From Octopus vulgaris (lineage: Eukaryota): a DNA stretch of 64,000 nucleotides. The stretch is taken from NCBI GenBank assembly GCA_951406725.2, contig OX597816.1, positions 122,760,001 to 122,824,000 of the forward strand, given 5' to 3'. Positions 1 to 14,354 of this stretch are shown here, piece after piece; within the stretch, counting starts at the first letter, position 1, and every line of letters starts with the position of its first letter. Both the position numbers and the translations under genes were made by a program. The notes beneath the pieces were generated by a model, which was not told where the DNA came from, searched no databases, and saw nothing but the letters and a program-made list of their open reading frames with translations.

Positions 1-210
1 AAAAAGATATACTGCACAGTAATGTTTCTACTTCGCAGATTTTCACCTATCGCGGGGCGTTTTGGAACGAAAGTGTCTGGGATATATAGATATATAGCAA
101 ATCTTATGATTAAACGACGAACTGACGCTGGAAAAAGTACATAACAACTGTAAACGAAAATGTAGACAATAACCTAAATGTTTTGTCGTACTAGACGATA
201 ACTGTGGGAC

Positions 211-526
211 TTTCTCTCTATCCGCTCAGTCGAAGTCGACTCTCGGTCACTCGTTGGATCAGTGTCCTCCAGTCAGTTCTATCTTCGGCCGCTTCCTTCA
301 GATCGGCCATGTCCATTCCTGTATCACTCCTGATGGTGTCAAGCCAGCGGGTTCTTGGTCGGCCTCTTCCTCTCTTGCCACTGACCATTCCGAGCATGAT
401 GTTCTTCTCCAGGGATTCTCTCCGCATAATATGACCGAAATATGCCAATCTACGCTTGGTGATCCCAGCTTCTAGCGACATTTTCGGCCTTATCTGCTTA
501 AGAACTTCTCCATTGGTGAGCCTCGC
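211..526 (-). mobile_element. RTE-clade (BovB/RTE-1-like) LINE, 5'-truncated 3' end
   Basis: Minus-strand translation ARLTNGEVLKQIRPKMSLEAGITKRRLAYFGHIMRRESLEKNIMLGMVSGKRGRGRPRTRWLD...RVTESRLRLSG* matches the typical RTE C-terminus (YFGH.MRR, GKR.RGRP..RW.D). Confidence 0.9.
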
Positions 527-719
527 ATTTCAATTTGATAATATATGCGTGTGTACACACATACACACACACACATATGTACACATATATATGCACAAAT
601 TATATATGGAGGCACATAATGTCTAAAATTAATAATTGTTTCTAACGTAATAATAAAGTAGTAACTTGCAATACCATTAAGTGTAAATATAATTTAGTAC
701 GGCCTTGAAATCAAATCAT

Positions 720-1040
720 TTTATGTATAAATAACGATTGGAGCCCGTGAGGGTGAATTCAGGAAGAGATTCATTGAGTGGAAATATTAAGTAGTATGAG
801 GAACCGTGGTTGATATGTTTTGGGACAGTAGAGACAGATAAGAGTAGGTAAATGGTGAATGGAAGAACACAGAGGCTATTAAAACAGTATAGATGGAGAT
901 ATTATGACTGAGCTAGTTCAAAGTGTAAACTGCAGCATCACAAATAACAAGTGAAATGAATATAGACGCAGCGAAAAGTAGCCCGGCGCTGTATTTGGAG
1001 ACGAAGTTGGCCAGTGATCTATCAACTCTGGCATCTGTAA
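720..1040 (-). mobile_element. Highly decayed CR1/Zenon-like LINE 3' fragment
   Basis: Minus strand keeps remnants such as ...CSLHFELAQ..., resembling the CR1-Zenon G.CS.ELA. segment; multiple stops. Confidence 0.3.
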
Positions 1041-1439
1041 TTTCATTTCAAAATATTGTTCACTTTAAATAAATAATTTTATAAAATGCTTTTTTCCTTC
1101 GATAACCTTAATGCATGAAATATTTATAGAGTCACTCTTTTTTTTTTTTTTTCGCCTTTTCCTGAAAACTGAAACAAAAACGTATTTCGGAAGTCTGCCT
1201 TGGTTGAAGAACGGAAGTATTTATTTATTATATCCAATCGACCTTAAACGCCAAACATTGACAGCATGTGTATATATGCGTATGTATGAGTCTATATGTG
1301 TATGTATAAATGTATATATGTAACTATAAACATACATGTATATAAATACATAAATACGAACATGTAAACACACACATGCATATATTGATTAGTAATAAAT
1401 GCTATTCGATCCATCATTTCGTATTAAATTTCCTTTTTA

Positions 1440-1480
<41 letters not shown>

Positions 1481-1813
1481 GTACATATATATACATACAT
1501 ATATATATATACATACATACATACATAAATACATAAACGCACACATACATCTGTAGACAGAGAGAGAGAAGGGGAGAAAGAAAAAGAGAGATAGCGAGAG
1601 TGAGAGATACATGTATATATTTTGATGCGTGTATAGATATGAATGTATACATGAGTGAAGTTGTATATGTGTACATGTATACGTTTCTTGTATGAATGCC
1701 CGTGTTTTCTTGTATGAATGCGTGTTCATGTGCATATATGCCCAAGCATGCGTCTGTTTGTATCCGTGCACGTGGAAGCAGAGGCAGAGAAAGAAAGAGA
1801 GGGGGAGAGAGGG

Positions 1814-1855
<42 letters not shown>

Positions 1856-2539
1856 TCTCACTGGCTCACACTGCATGTGTGATATTCACTGAAGCTGAAG
1901 TTTCTAACTTCCGAAGTAACATTTTCAAAATAAGTATTGTTAACTTGTATAACAGCATGAAATAAAGCTGTCCTGTTTTGCCGTTTCTGCAGCAGTATAA
2001 ATGTATTGAGTTTTAAGTAGGAGGTAGACTACAACGTGACTTACAGGTAACGAGCTGAATATTATCGACTAGATCGATAACTAGACGTAGACATTTAATA
2101 TTCGCAATTATTAAATTTACTATATATATTTTATATGTATTTTACGTACGGTTATGCAATGCATTACTCTTGTAGTGTGTTTACATTGAATGGTACTGTA
2201 TGTTATTGCTCTTATTACGTTAGAAACAATTATTAATTTTCAGATATTATTATTAGTAGTAATATTATGATTATGATTATGATTATTATTATTGCTCATT
2301 ATTTGAGATTTCTATCAAATGCTTCCTGTCTTGAAACAAGAATTCAACAATTGAGTACAGCATGGAGAAGATGAAAAGACAAAGTTAACACGGTTGTTCA
2401 AGGTTAACAAAATTGTTGAAGGTGAAGAAGTTGGCTTAGCGGGACAGAAGATGCACAGACGTTTCCAAGGACAACACAGATGTTCAAGGTTGATAATAAT
2501 CTTTTAGAGCAGCAATGTCTTAGCTTAATTATCACCTTT

Positions 2540-3722
2540 GCGCGCGTACTGGGTTTATTTCTGGCAACTAAGAAATGAATAAGCGAAATTATGAAAGCCT
2601 TAGACATCGACGCACGCAGATTTTCGGGATATGTGTTGTAGTTACTTGCAGCGAAGTCATTACATTGAGACTAGTAGCCGTTTATCACCCGGCTGGCGTA
2701 AATTGACGGAACTTATTTAGGCGTCCAGAAGCTCCTCTAGAAATGTTAAATTCATTCATTTTAGAACTAGCAGGAGATTTGCATTTTAAGTACAATCTGT
2801 AATTTCCGATGCGGAAAGAGATGTATCAGCCTTGCAAAGCTGCCCAGACATTTGAAACTATCTCATTCGATAGCGATTGGATTGTCTGAAAGGAACAGTG
2901 TGGACATGAAGCTAACACGGTGGGTAAGCAAGTAGAGAGTGATAGCGAAGAGTGTCTACAACTAAACCGGTCAATTACAAAACAAGAAAATTCGAGACAT
3001 GCACGTCTATTTTAGATTGGACTCGTAAAAAGGCACCGTACAAGTGAAAACTGAACGCAGCTTTCTAGGTGCACAAAACTACAAGGACCAGAGTTAAGAC
3101 CTGGTGAAACAGCAGTTGGTAGGAGCAGTCGTCAGCAATTGGTGGCAGGCCGAGCAAAGGATGAGCAATAGAGAGGCAAGATTCGGAGATGAGTTAAATA
3201 GCAAGTTTAAGGTTTCATGAGAAATATGACAGGGACCAGAATGGAATTCATCATTTCTTCAATGCGAAACACGAAGTCTGCTTTTTTCAGAGCTAAGGAA
3301 CATATACTAAAATACGAGGGTACAAAAGCCATCCGATTGCCCTGAGTTGCGGAGGCACGACGTAGCAAATCTACAATTCGGTTTTTTACATATCGGGTCG
3401 AATGGGTGCTAGTGGGTTCCAAGCATATGTGTGCTGATTTCTACCAGCACTTTGTCAATGTGTTGCCAGGTGTTAGATTTGTTGGCAGTAACAAATTTAC
3501 TGTTTACCTCTGCAGCCTGTAACAACTTTCGGTGGAAGTCGTGAGATGCGAAAATATGGGAGAGAATAAGTAGATGCACGAGGCAGAAGTTATCAGGTTT
3601 AGATTAACTTTTGCTTTTAGAAGTTCGATCATTACAGTACGTCAGGGATATAAATACATGCCATACTTATTTAGTCACCTTTTGAAAGGCGTTTATAGCA
3701 AACTGCAGCAGAACGAAAAATA
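2540..3722 (+). mobile_element. Decayed Tx1/L1-clade LINE ORF2 (APE endonuclease to start of RT)
   Basis: Disrupted translations RLVAVYHP..RNLFRR, RAKEHILKYEGTKAIR..VAEARRSKSTIR, KHMCADFYQHF and MPYLFSHLLKGVYSKLQQNE occur in the order expected for Tx1-like ORF2; many stops and frameshifts. Confidence 0.6.
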
Positions 3723-3725
3723 ACT

Positions 3726-6274
3726 AGCATGAACCTGGCTGGCACAGAACTAATAGCCACAGAAACCAATGTCAATATGACCAGGCTAAATGATATAATA
3801 TATGCAGCAGACTGTGGCGACAAGAAAGCTGGATACTCCCTAAAACCCTCCCAAACAGGAGCATCACCACACAAACAAACCCTATGGATAAATAATATCC
3901 AGAAAAAATAGAAAATAAGAGAAAGGATCTGTCAATCCTTAATGAAACTAGTAGACACTCAACACTACTAAGCAACAAGAAAAGAAAAATACTACGTAAA
4001 TACAAAATTACTGAACAATCTATAGCTGAGGTAAAAGACCAGCTAGAGCAAGATATCCTCGCCAAAGCGCAAATAATCTACCGGTATGAGAAACGCAAAC
4101 GTTTCTTTGAAAACAAACGGTTTAACTCCAACCCCCAAAAATTCTACCAAGAACTTTTGACAAAAATAAAATAGAGATCAATACAGCACCGAGAGCAGAA
4201 GAAGTGGAAGAATTTTGGAAATAAATATGGTCAGTGAAGGAAAAACCTCAGATAAAGTCTATCAAAATAACGAACATGGCACCTGAACAACTCTGGACCC
4301 TATAACAATTGAAGAGGTCAACCAGGAACTGTAAAAGCTAAGCAACAAGAAGGCACCAGAACACGACAAGATCCCCAGCTTGTGGTTAAAATACCTAACA
4401 GGAACACATAAAAAGCTGACTGAGAAATTTAATGAAATACTAGCAGAGTCGGAGACAATGCCTGAATGGCTCACGGAAGGAAAAACTATCCTAATTCCCA
4501 AATCCGCAGAAACGGCAAACACTCAAAATTACAGGCCGATAACTTCTCTCCCTACAATTTACAAAAAACCCTTTACTGCAATAATGTCGCAGCGAATGAG
4601 CAAGCATTTGGAAGAAAACACCCTGTTTCCAAAAGAGCAGAAGGGATGCAGCAAGGGATCATATGCCTGTAAAAATCAGCTATTGAACAATAAAGCCATA
4701 AATGAAGAAAGTCGCAGAAAGAAGAAGAGTCTAAGTGGCCTAGATCAATTACAGACAGGCTTTTGATAGTATTCTCTTCACATAGATCCTAGAAACACTA
4801 GCCATGATCAAGGTAGCACCAATAATCATAAAATATATAAAACATTCCATGAATAAATGGCAGACAGTACTACAGTTCCAGACAAAAGAAGGACTCATAA
4901 AATCCAATGTTATCCCCGTTAGTAGAGGAATATTCCAGGAAGACTACTCTCTCCTTTTCTGCTTGGGACTGACACCTTTATCTGACATGCTAAACAGAAC
5001 TGAATGTAGATACAACTTTTACGGCAAAGCAATCAGCTACTTCTTATATATGGGTGATCTAAAACAGTAAGCTACAATTTACAAACAGTTGGAAACATCA
5101 CTACAGACAGTACATGGATTTACAAAAGAAATACATATGAAATTTGGCTTAGAAAAATGTGCCAAAGCAATCTTGAAAAGAGGAAAACTAGTTGAGAGTA
5201 GCAACATCACACTAGATAAAATAGATGCAATAGGAGAATTAGACCAAAGCCAGACACACAAATAGTTAGGAATCAATGAACTAGATACGATACAATACAC
5301 TCAAATGACAGAGAAGATATGAAAAGAATACTATAGACAAGTTATATTAATAGTGAAAACAGAGCTCAACGTGAAAAACAAGATAATAGGTATCAACACT
5401 CTAACCATCCCAGTTATAAGTTACAGCTACTTAACTGGAATCTAAATGAACTATTCAAAACAGACAGGCAAACAAGAAAAATAATGACTGGATTTAGGAT
5501 GCACCACCCAAAATCTGACATAGCAATGTTATATATACAACGTATGGGAAATAGTAGAGGCCTTATACAGCTAGAAAACCACACCATAGGACTGCAAAAA
5601 TGCCTACTTCAGAAGCAAGGCAAACTAATACAAATAGTCACAAAACACGAGCAAAACAAAAACTGTTTTCAGTTTTTAAGGAAACTGACAAATACAAACA
5701 AGAAGTCATACGACCTAGCAAATATGAAGATGAAGAAGAAACAATAAAAGTTATAAAACAAATGAAATCCAAACTAAAACTAGAACAGCAACGGATCATG
5801 ATAAAACGATAAAGGTGAAAACAATACTAACAAGAATTGGAGCATTGGGCATGATAATAAAACATATGAACAAAAACATAGAAACTATACCTAAATCCTC
5901 AATATTACACACTATCCAAAAAAATAGCCCTGCTAGAAACAGACCACAACTACGCAAGGCACTATCAATTCAATAATACAACCTAAACAAAACAACCCAC
6001 AAACACAATACAGTTTGTACAGCAATTATTCTTTCACCAGCAATCCAGATAACCAATGCATTACACACTCAACACTCAATACAAACAGTAACACACAAAA
6101 GACTGCACCACAGTTCAAGAGAAAAAATACTGACGCACTACAATACCGGGAAGAGTTCGCACACTCAACAATAGAAAAGAACACAATGCTGCACACAGTC
6201 CAGCAACACAGAAGTGTAGCAGATAATGCAGTAGAAATGTGCCTGCAACTAACAAATATTGAACAACAACAACA

Positions 6275-6275
<1 letters not shown>
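3726..6275 (+). mobile_element. R4/Dong-clade non-LTR retrotransposon, decayed and chimeric (lineage A body, unrelated 3' tail from ~5811)
   Basis: ORF fragments 4380-4766 (WLTEGKTILIPK..NYRPIT) and 4804-5070 (RGIFQ..LLFCL..LYMGDLK) are colinear with the copy at 53.9-56.0 kb. Ends in the (TAA)n tract. CCHC/REL region absent. Confidence 0.9.

Positions 6276-6353
<78 letters not shown>
6276..6353 (+). repeat. (TAA)n microsatellite (Dong tail/target)
   Basis: Perfect TAA run directly after the R4/Dong 3' UTR. Confidence 0.95.
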
Positions 6354-6355
<2 letters not shown>

Positions 6356-8699
6356 TATTTTCTAAGATTGATGACATATATTCACTTTATATCTCTCTTT
6401 AAATGTTTGATACTTGATCTATGCAATGTTACCTTGGAACTTTTTATCGTAACGTAAACTTACTGAGAGTGTGACGTAGAATGTAGTTCTATCCTGCGCA
6501 ATGGCATCGCTGTGTCCATACTTAAAACTCTTGATTTCCAAATGATCCAAAACACCTAGCTGTCCATACGCATCATTATCTAGATACATCTTACAACCGA
6601 AATCTGTGAGAACACTGTGATGTCCAGCGATTTGTTACCTTACAGTACGTACTTACATGTATCTTCCTAGTGGGATCTGGAGAAGAACGGACTTGATTAG
6701 GTTAACTTTCTCTGGATACACTGAATAAATGTTAAATCTTCAAGATTTTTACAAGATGACTCAGGCGGTAATGGAACACACTTCACTTGACAGTTGCAGA
6801 TTAATAAATATTTGAAAGACAATGATTAGATCTCAGTACTAACGTTCTGAAGATAGTGATAGATGAATGGTTCGAAATCAATCCTGATAACATTGTCTCA
6901 TCATTGAATTGCCTTCAGCTGCAATATAATTAATAAATCTGCTTTTCAGATTCCTCACAGGTTTTCTTTTACTCCACCTACACTGCTAATATGAGAATTA
7001 GACAAAGATGGACGTCACAAAGTCTGACTTCCTTCTTCTATAAATCTGTAGCCTTGTATCTAAACCTGAAGTCAATAGTGTGTAATTGTTATTTTGAAAC
7101 ATAATGATGGTAACGATAAAAATTCTGAGATAAGGTGAAAAGCTTTTGATGCTTTATATAATCGAATACGATATTTCAGGTGTTAATTTTTCAAATGCTA
7201 TCGGAGCCAAATTGGCATCTCATAATCTAAATGCTGATAATATAATAAAATAATGTTAATTTATTATTCAAATGAAAATTAATTCAGTTATGCTGATGAA
7301 TTGGTAAATTCCTAATCCTTCCGTTCCAAGTTCAAATTCGCGCCAAGACAGTTTTACCTTTCAGAATTTCGAGTTCAATAAAAGAAAATTACTTTCAGAG
7401 GGCGATGGATTAATCGAACTGTTAGCGTGTCAGGCAAGATGACTTGTGATTCACTGCGTTCTAAGAGCAGCACCTGTTATGACACTAGCGTCAGGCTCTC
7501 TCGAAACATTGGTGGTCTGGAAATGGAAGGATCGCACACAAGGGCAATTGTCAGTCTTCTGCAAAATAATTTTTAAAAAAATCTTGCCCAGAGCTATATG
7601 TGCATGTGCATATCCAGAATCAGCACTGAGGGCAGATGGACCTTCGGAGCCAGTCACTTCATAATCCTTCCGCAACAAAATATGGTTTTGTGATTTAGAA
7701 TAAAATCATAATTTCTTAGAACTTTAAGAATGAACATTGTAATACCTCGACCGTCTGAATCTAAATCGCTGTCTATTGAACATAATTCTAATTCTAATCG
7801 GTTAAAGGATGAGGAGGTGTCCGTAAACATTACAAACACTATTCGAATGATGGGATTAACTGGATTAATACCTTGCTTGAATGTATGTAACCCAATGTTA
7901 GCAGGTAAAAAGAAAGTTTCCAAAACAAATGCACTTTTGAAGAAACGTTTGAATGCTACAGTAATAACCCATTAACGTTTTTCTAAAATCTTACAAATCC
8001 TTGGGGAATATCATGTTGTGCTTAACCTCAATGATATTTTTAGTCATCACCGGATGGTACAAGTGTATATATATATATCTTTTCCCCCCAGAGATGTATG
8101 TACATGTGTTATGTATACATATAGAAATGTTTGCATAACATGCACTTAGTGGTATAGTGTAGACGAAAAGTAAAAGAGATCATGTGAGTGTTTGAGAAAA
8201 ATACCAAAATAATTATATTTATTTCACTGGAAAGACTCCCAATGGTGACTTCTGCACAAGAAGATATACTTAAATGATAAGTAACATATTTAATGTGGTG
8301 ATCCCAAAATAATAGTCACTGAATTGAAATTCTGAGAAAAAGACATTACAAGCGTTAGTGACAATTCTTCCTGACAGGTATAAGAAAAAGATCTCTGAAC
8401 ATTTGCATACTTAAATCCATTAGTCCATTAACGTTTCAAAACTATCTCAACACCATCTCCAAAATGAAGATTGTTGATTGGCACTTTCGTAAAGGAACAT
8501 AAGACTGTAGGTGGCTTTTTTTTCTATTCATTCGAATGCCAAATTTAAAAGGGATTTAATGGTTATGTCCGGTACTTTTCGTAGATAATTTCAAGTATAT
8601 TGTATCTGTATGTTGATGTTTCGCTTATAGATTAGTAAAGCCTACATACACACTCACTTAATATTTTGTGAAATTCTATATAGAATTGTAATAATCTTT

Positions 8700-9300
8700 G
8701 CCGTTGATTTTACATCTATTTTTATTTCATGTACTGCATTGCAATGAACTGCTATGTATCCTTTTGTAACTGCCAGATCCAATAACGGGAGTGTGTGGTG
8801 CTTGTATACTCAATGCAGCAATTTGATTAAAGAAATTTACTATTTCCGTATTTTTCATAGGACAATTTAAATAATGTGGTTAGTTGGGTTGTGATTGTTA
8901 CTGCCAAGGTGTTTTTCATTTTGGTGTTTTTGTAATATATTCTAGATGTTAGTGTGTGGTTAGATAGGATACATGGTGTGTTGTCTTTTATAAATATTTT
9001 AATTATATGTTCATCCATTTTTTAACCAGGGTAATTCTGGTTCTTGAAGTATACGATATGTGTTGTATGGATAATTTTATTGGGTGTTGCGTCCATTATC
9101 AGCGTGTTGATGAACTTGTTTTTTTTATTGTTGGTAGTTCAAAAGCAGTTCAAAAGTCTCCGTTTATGAAATCAATGCTGATTTAATGTGTGATTTTGTA
9201 GGTTGCATATATATGATTGAGAAAAATTAGTAGGAATAACAGGTTATGTTATTTGCATAAGCCTAGTCATTGCCAGATGCGGTATCAGAAGATCTATGAT
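8700..9300 (-). mobile_element. Decayed Penelope-like element, RT thumb/linker to GIY-YIG region
   Basis: Minus strand YFKNQ..., MDEHIIKIFIK...RIYYKNTK...LFKLSY and ...CIEYTSTTHSR resemble the PLE linker and the YIG.T..TLSRR endonuclease motif; disrupted. Confidence 0.5.
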
Positions 9301-9638
9301 GTACGGATGGAAGAAAATGGAGGACAAAACCGAATATTAGAGTTAAGTGTGAGTGGAGCGGAAATAACTCCGTCAACACATGCCACGATGGCGCAGTCTT
9401 ATAGAAAAATAACAATGCAAGAAATGAGATATGACTGCAGCTTGTAGACAGGATGTTTTGATAGGAAATGTGTATGTCAGACAGGGTTAAAGGTTTTGCT
9501 AATGTCTAAAGCAACAATATTTCTTTCATCGAAAATCTGTTTGGTGAGAGCCCAATTGTAAATACGTACATATATAAATGAATACATATATACACATACG
9601 CACTCCTAACCACCCGCCCGACCACACATTCTCATACA

Positions 9639-9680
<42 letters not shown>

Positions 9681-11421
9681 GTTTGGGATTATATCCAAAT
9701 GTTTGTATTTGATAAACATAAAACATAGAACTTATGGATTTTATATTCAAAATTAATTTACATTGACAATAAATACACTTAAGATAAATTTTATATATTG
9801 TTTTGCGATGATTTCAAGAAGTATTGCTTCAAAATAACTGGCTGTCTGATAGCAGCACGGGCAATTTTTCAAAGTCACTCTATTACCTCAATCTAGCAAA
9901 TGAATAATCATTTTCACAAATTTCCTATTTTTTTCTTTTGAATCATAGGATGGATACTATTTAGATGGTTGGGTTAGAACAAGACAGTATCAATATACAT
10001 ACAAACAGCCAACAATAAAGCTCTAGCCGTCATGCTACCTGATACAAATTGCAGCTGTATATTTCTCAGACCACATTCTGTCATAATTAAATTTGCAACA
10101 TCCACATTTCATACATTACCATAAAACGGCATACTCACTACTGTGATGTCTCTGATTATAGATCTACATGGTAGTATATACCGAAGGCTAACGGACCTAA
10201 CAATTTGAAAACTATTTCGGAAGCATTGCTTTATATGAACATTTTCAGCATAAACCGTACATATATCAATACCAGATATAATCGTACCCCCGGGATATTT
10301 GAAAACTTGAGCAACAATCACTGAAAGCCCTCGCATTGGTGTTAAATATTAAAATTCAACATGCATGAAAACTTCTCTTTGTGATCGCATATCCTCAAAA
10401 TAGCAAAGACAACGTCAGAGAGGGTGACTTTCCTCTTTCAAACCCCAACAATAAAGCTTAGATGAGACACGCAATGGAAGACTATTATACATAGGTTATT
10501 ACTGCAGCTGCTAGACACAGACTCATAATTAGACGCTATTCAGTATCCAAAATATAACCTAATTGTTATGAAGTCGCTTAACACAACATCATAAGCATTA
10601 TCCTATAAACTTTTTATTTCCATTCTATGACCACTGTTCTTTGGAGTTAGCCCCTGCTAATCACGTCTCCAGTATTCTATCCAACACCGAACATGAAAAC
10701 CTATGCCAGATATTATGACCTGTCTTTCCTCTTAAGACCGTCGTCTCGATGGAATTACTGCTCTAAGCAAGTGTTTTTCACGTAGCTGTGAGCTTCAAAG
10801 TTTCAAAGAGGATCAGAAATTATGTTACACTCACATGTATCACCAAGTTTCAAAAGATGCGTACGCAGCTCTTACATTCTGTGGAAAGTAAAGGAAACAA
10901 AACATTTAATAGAATAAATAGTAATAAGACAACTTAAATATTGTTATTAAACTAAACCTGACAACTTGGACATCACGTTTTGTCTTGACTTTTATTGAAA
11001 ACTCTGTATATTGCAAAACTATTTAAGCGGAACTGAGTGAGAACAGTGAAGGAAAGTATCAAAAATAAATAACAAAAACTAAAATTATATTTAAAGAAAA
11101 TGAAGAATATCTACTTACACTACAATTCAACAAATAGAACCAATACATTAGTTTACATGAGGTGATACATTGTACTTAGAAAGATAATAATAGCAATAAA
11201 ATATTAATACCAATAAAAACTATTTTTAGAAATGTACCATGAGAGAAGAAAGAACAAATAGTAAATAATTTTCTAATTAAAGCCTTCAAGAATTGTAGTG
11301 TTATTCACCGACATGTTTATCACTATAAAGATGAGATATGCCTTACTGGGAAATAAAACAAATTTTGTGGACAAGCTGTTTCGCATACACATACAAGCAT
11401 GTATACATACATACATACATG

Positions 11422-11490
<69 letters not shown>

Positions 11491-11879
11491 GCATACATAC
11501 ATTCACACATACATACACACACACATACATATATGGATGAGTGTTTGCCTATGTGCATGGCTATAATTATACATACACACACATATGTAAGTGTGTGTGA
11601 AAAATAATGAAAAGGTTTTGAAAATGTGCCAAATATTATATATATTTGAATAAGACAAGTTTTATTTTTTAACATTGGAGACAAATACTTTATGTCTTGA
11701 AATTAAAATAAATAATTTTGTTTTTTCACAAGAGTTTTCATGTAAAAATGTTTTACTAAAACATAATCAAAACTAATATGAGTAGAGTAAGCAATCGTTT
11801 TCTGAACAAAAACTGGCAATATAGGGACACAAGATGTATCACATTTAAAAAATTGAGTCAAAAATATTCTAGCATTCAC

Positions 11880-12905
11880 AAAGCAAATATTATACTTATC
11901 AAGTGATCGACCCGTCAACTATCAAATGTATTTGAAATTAAAGATGACATTGCAGAACTTTTGAGAAAATTCACATCATCAGAGGGGTTATTTTTTAACA
12001 GGATAATGAGGATGAAATCTTAATTAAAAATAAAATACAGCTTTTAATGAAATCTGCCAATATATTTCAAAAGAATCAACATGTTTCTGTGGAACACACT
12101 GATAAAGCGATAGCAAAGCAAATAAAATCCAGTTTTACTAGACAAGAATGAGTTTATCTAAAAACTTTGAAACTTGAGAAAAATATAATTGCGGAGTAAT
12201 CAGACAAAGGTATTTCACTTCTTGTTGAACCATAATATTGCTCGAATATTGTTCTAAATATATTGTAGGACAATTTGTTCTATGAAGAAACCAAAGATTA
12301 TAAATTTGTAAAGATTATAAAACTACTGACCCTTTTAATAAACGCTTATCAAAATTCCTCAACTGATAGAGAACTGATTAACTTTCAAACTTCTAATATA
12401 ATAAAGTAACTTCTATAGATTACCTAAAATACATAATAAACTAGTTAATAAAACATGTGAAACAGAGAAGATAAATTGTTTGAACATACCCTCGACAACG
12501 AATTTAAAACTACGACCAATCGTAGCAGGCCTGTATTGCAAAATACGCATCACTTAAATACCTTCCTAGACATTCAACTAATGTCTTTCATCGAGCACAT
12601 AAAAATCTTTATACGAGATTATCTTGATATATTCAAACCATCTTCCTAATACCACAAACGAAAATAATTATGTTGTCACATTTGATATATAGCACATTTC
12701 ACCACACAGTTATGGAATCGAAGCTATTAATTACTGGCGAGATTAATTTAATTGTGAAGTGCTAGAAGGTATAGTTAGTAATTTTATTGTAGTTGGCTTT
12801 CCGTTCATTTGAGAAAATAACTACCTTGTATCCGGTAACACAGCTTTCCGACAAAAGTGAGGAACGCACATGGTAACAAAAGTTAATCCAACATAGGGTA
12901 AAACT
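11880..12905 (+). mobile_element. Decayed Penelope-like element reverse transcriptase
   Basis: Motifs SNFYRLPKIHN, LKLRPIVAG, HIKIFIRD.LD, VVTFDI, PHSYGIEAINYW and FRQK.GT.M.TKV.PT match PLE RT (FYGLPK.HK, LRPIV, Q..G.AMG); many stops. Confidence 0.85.
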
Positions 12906-12990
12906 GTTAACCATGATTGCTTAGACTAGAGTAAAACAACCATAATTGCTCTTTGTTTCCTTGGGTAGCTTTGCGCGGGAATTTCAGTCT

Positions 12991-14354
12991 AATTTCATAT
13001 ACGAACGCAACAAACTGTTCATTTACACTATATATTGCTGAGTTATGTCTCATTCATGCACAGTTATGCGTACATAGCCGTAAATGTTCTCCATCGGCTA
13101 TGATTCGTGGAGTTACCTTAGCAGTTCTCTGGGTTTGGTTTTTCAAGAAAATACAGATTGTAAATTGAATTCCTCTGCTTTAATCTATAATTATATCTGT
13201 CAAAATAAATTTTCAAAAAATACTCCAGCTGCTCACCAGACTGTGTCATCAATGTCAATGCTATGAATTTCTGATATTCCGTTTGAGAGTTTCATTGTCT
13301 TGATACGTTATTTTCAGAAGCTAATCCAAGTTACTTTGATGTCAAATGAAATCGAACAGATTAATCTGATTTTTAGAGTATGAAATATTTCTTTACAAAC
13401 AATTTTAAAAGGAAATAGATTTCCTTAACGTTTAAGATAAATTTATCGTCGTCGGTGAAGAAAACAATGTCTACAGTTGTCGAAGAATAACTAAATTACG
13501 CTTAGTGATAGATGGGAGACAGCTGATGCAAGGTTATAGGAGGAAGAAGAAAAGAGAGCGAGATGGAGAAAGAGAAAGAAAAAGAGGATAAAAGAAACTT
13601 TAGCAGAATTGAGAAGTGTTGAAGGAAGAAGTGGTCAATATGTGAGTATGTAGGTGTGTAATCATGCATACATGTATGTTCATTTATACTGATGATACTG
13701 ATGTGAAAAGGTAGAGTGCTTTACTGATTGCTTTTACTCGGTTAAATGTGAAAAAAATTATAGATGTGTGTGGACTGGGAGAATGAGAGATTTTAGTCTT
13801 AGTACCTGTGGGCGAAGAAGCCTATTAGGAAGATTTAATTTTACTTCTTGTGTTAACGAGTGAAGGTTGAGATGTGATGTAAGATAATTCCACAGAGAAA
13901 AAAAGAGTGAGAAAGAGGAGAGAAGGAGGGAAAGAGAGGGGGAGAAAGAGAGAGTTTATTGAAAGAATGGTTGAAGTAAAATATTTATCCATCGATTTGG
14001 AGATTGCTTCAATGTCATTATAATTATCATGAAAATTTTCATGAAATCCGTCATTTAAACAACGTCCGGTGAATTGCAAATTTACACTAGACAAGACGTT
14101 GGAGCTCAGTGACAAGAAATTTACACCAAGCGCATGCACTCACAGAAATATTTCTCTTTTCCACAATTTTTCATCTACCCCATTGCAAATCTTATTTCTT
14201 GAAAAAATAAACACAGAGAACTGGTAAGGTAACTCCACGAATCATAGCCAGTGAAGAACATTTACGGCTATGTACGCCTAACTGTATATGAATGAGATAT
14301 AACTCAGCAATATATGGTGTAAAGGAACAGTTTGTTGCGTTCGTATATGAAATT
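12991..14354. repeat. Pair of ~170-bp inverted repeats (12991-13159 and 14188-14354)
   Basis: Direct alignment; the ORF track shows the near-identical peptide ISYTNATNCSFT.YIAEL.LIH.QL.VHSRKCS..AMIRGVTL on opposite strands. Confidence 0.85.

Noticed and set aside
1885-1975. Possible hammerhead (CTGAAG...CAGCATGAAA...GTC)
   Set aside because: Core incomplete and stems I and III do not pair convincingly.
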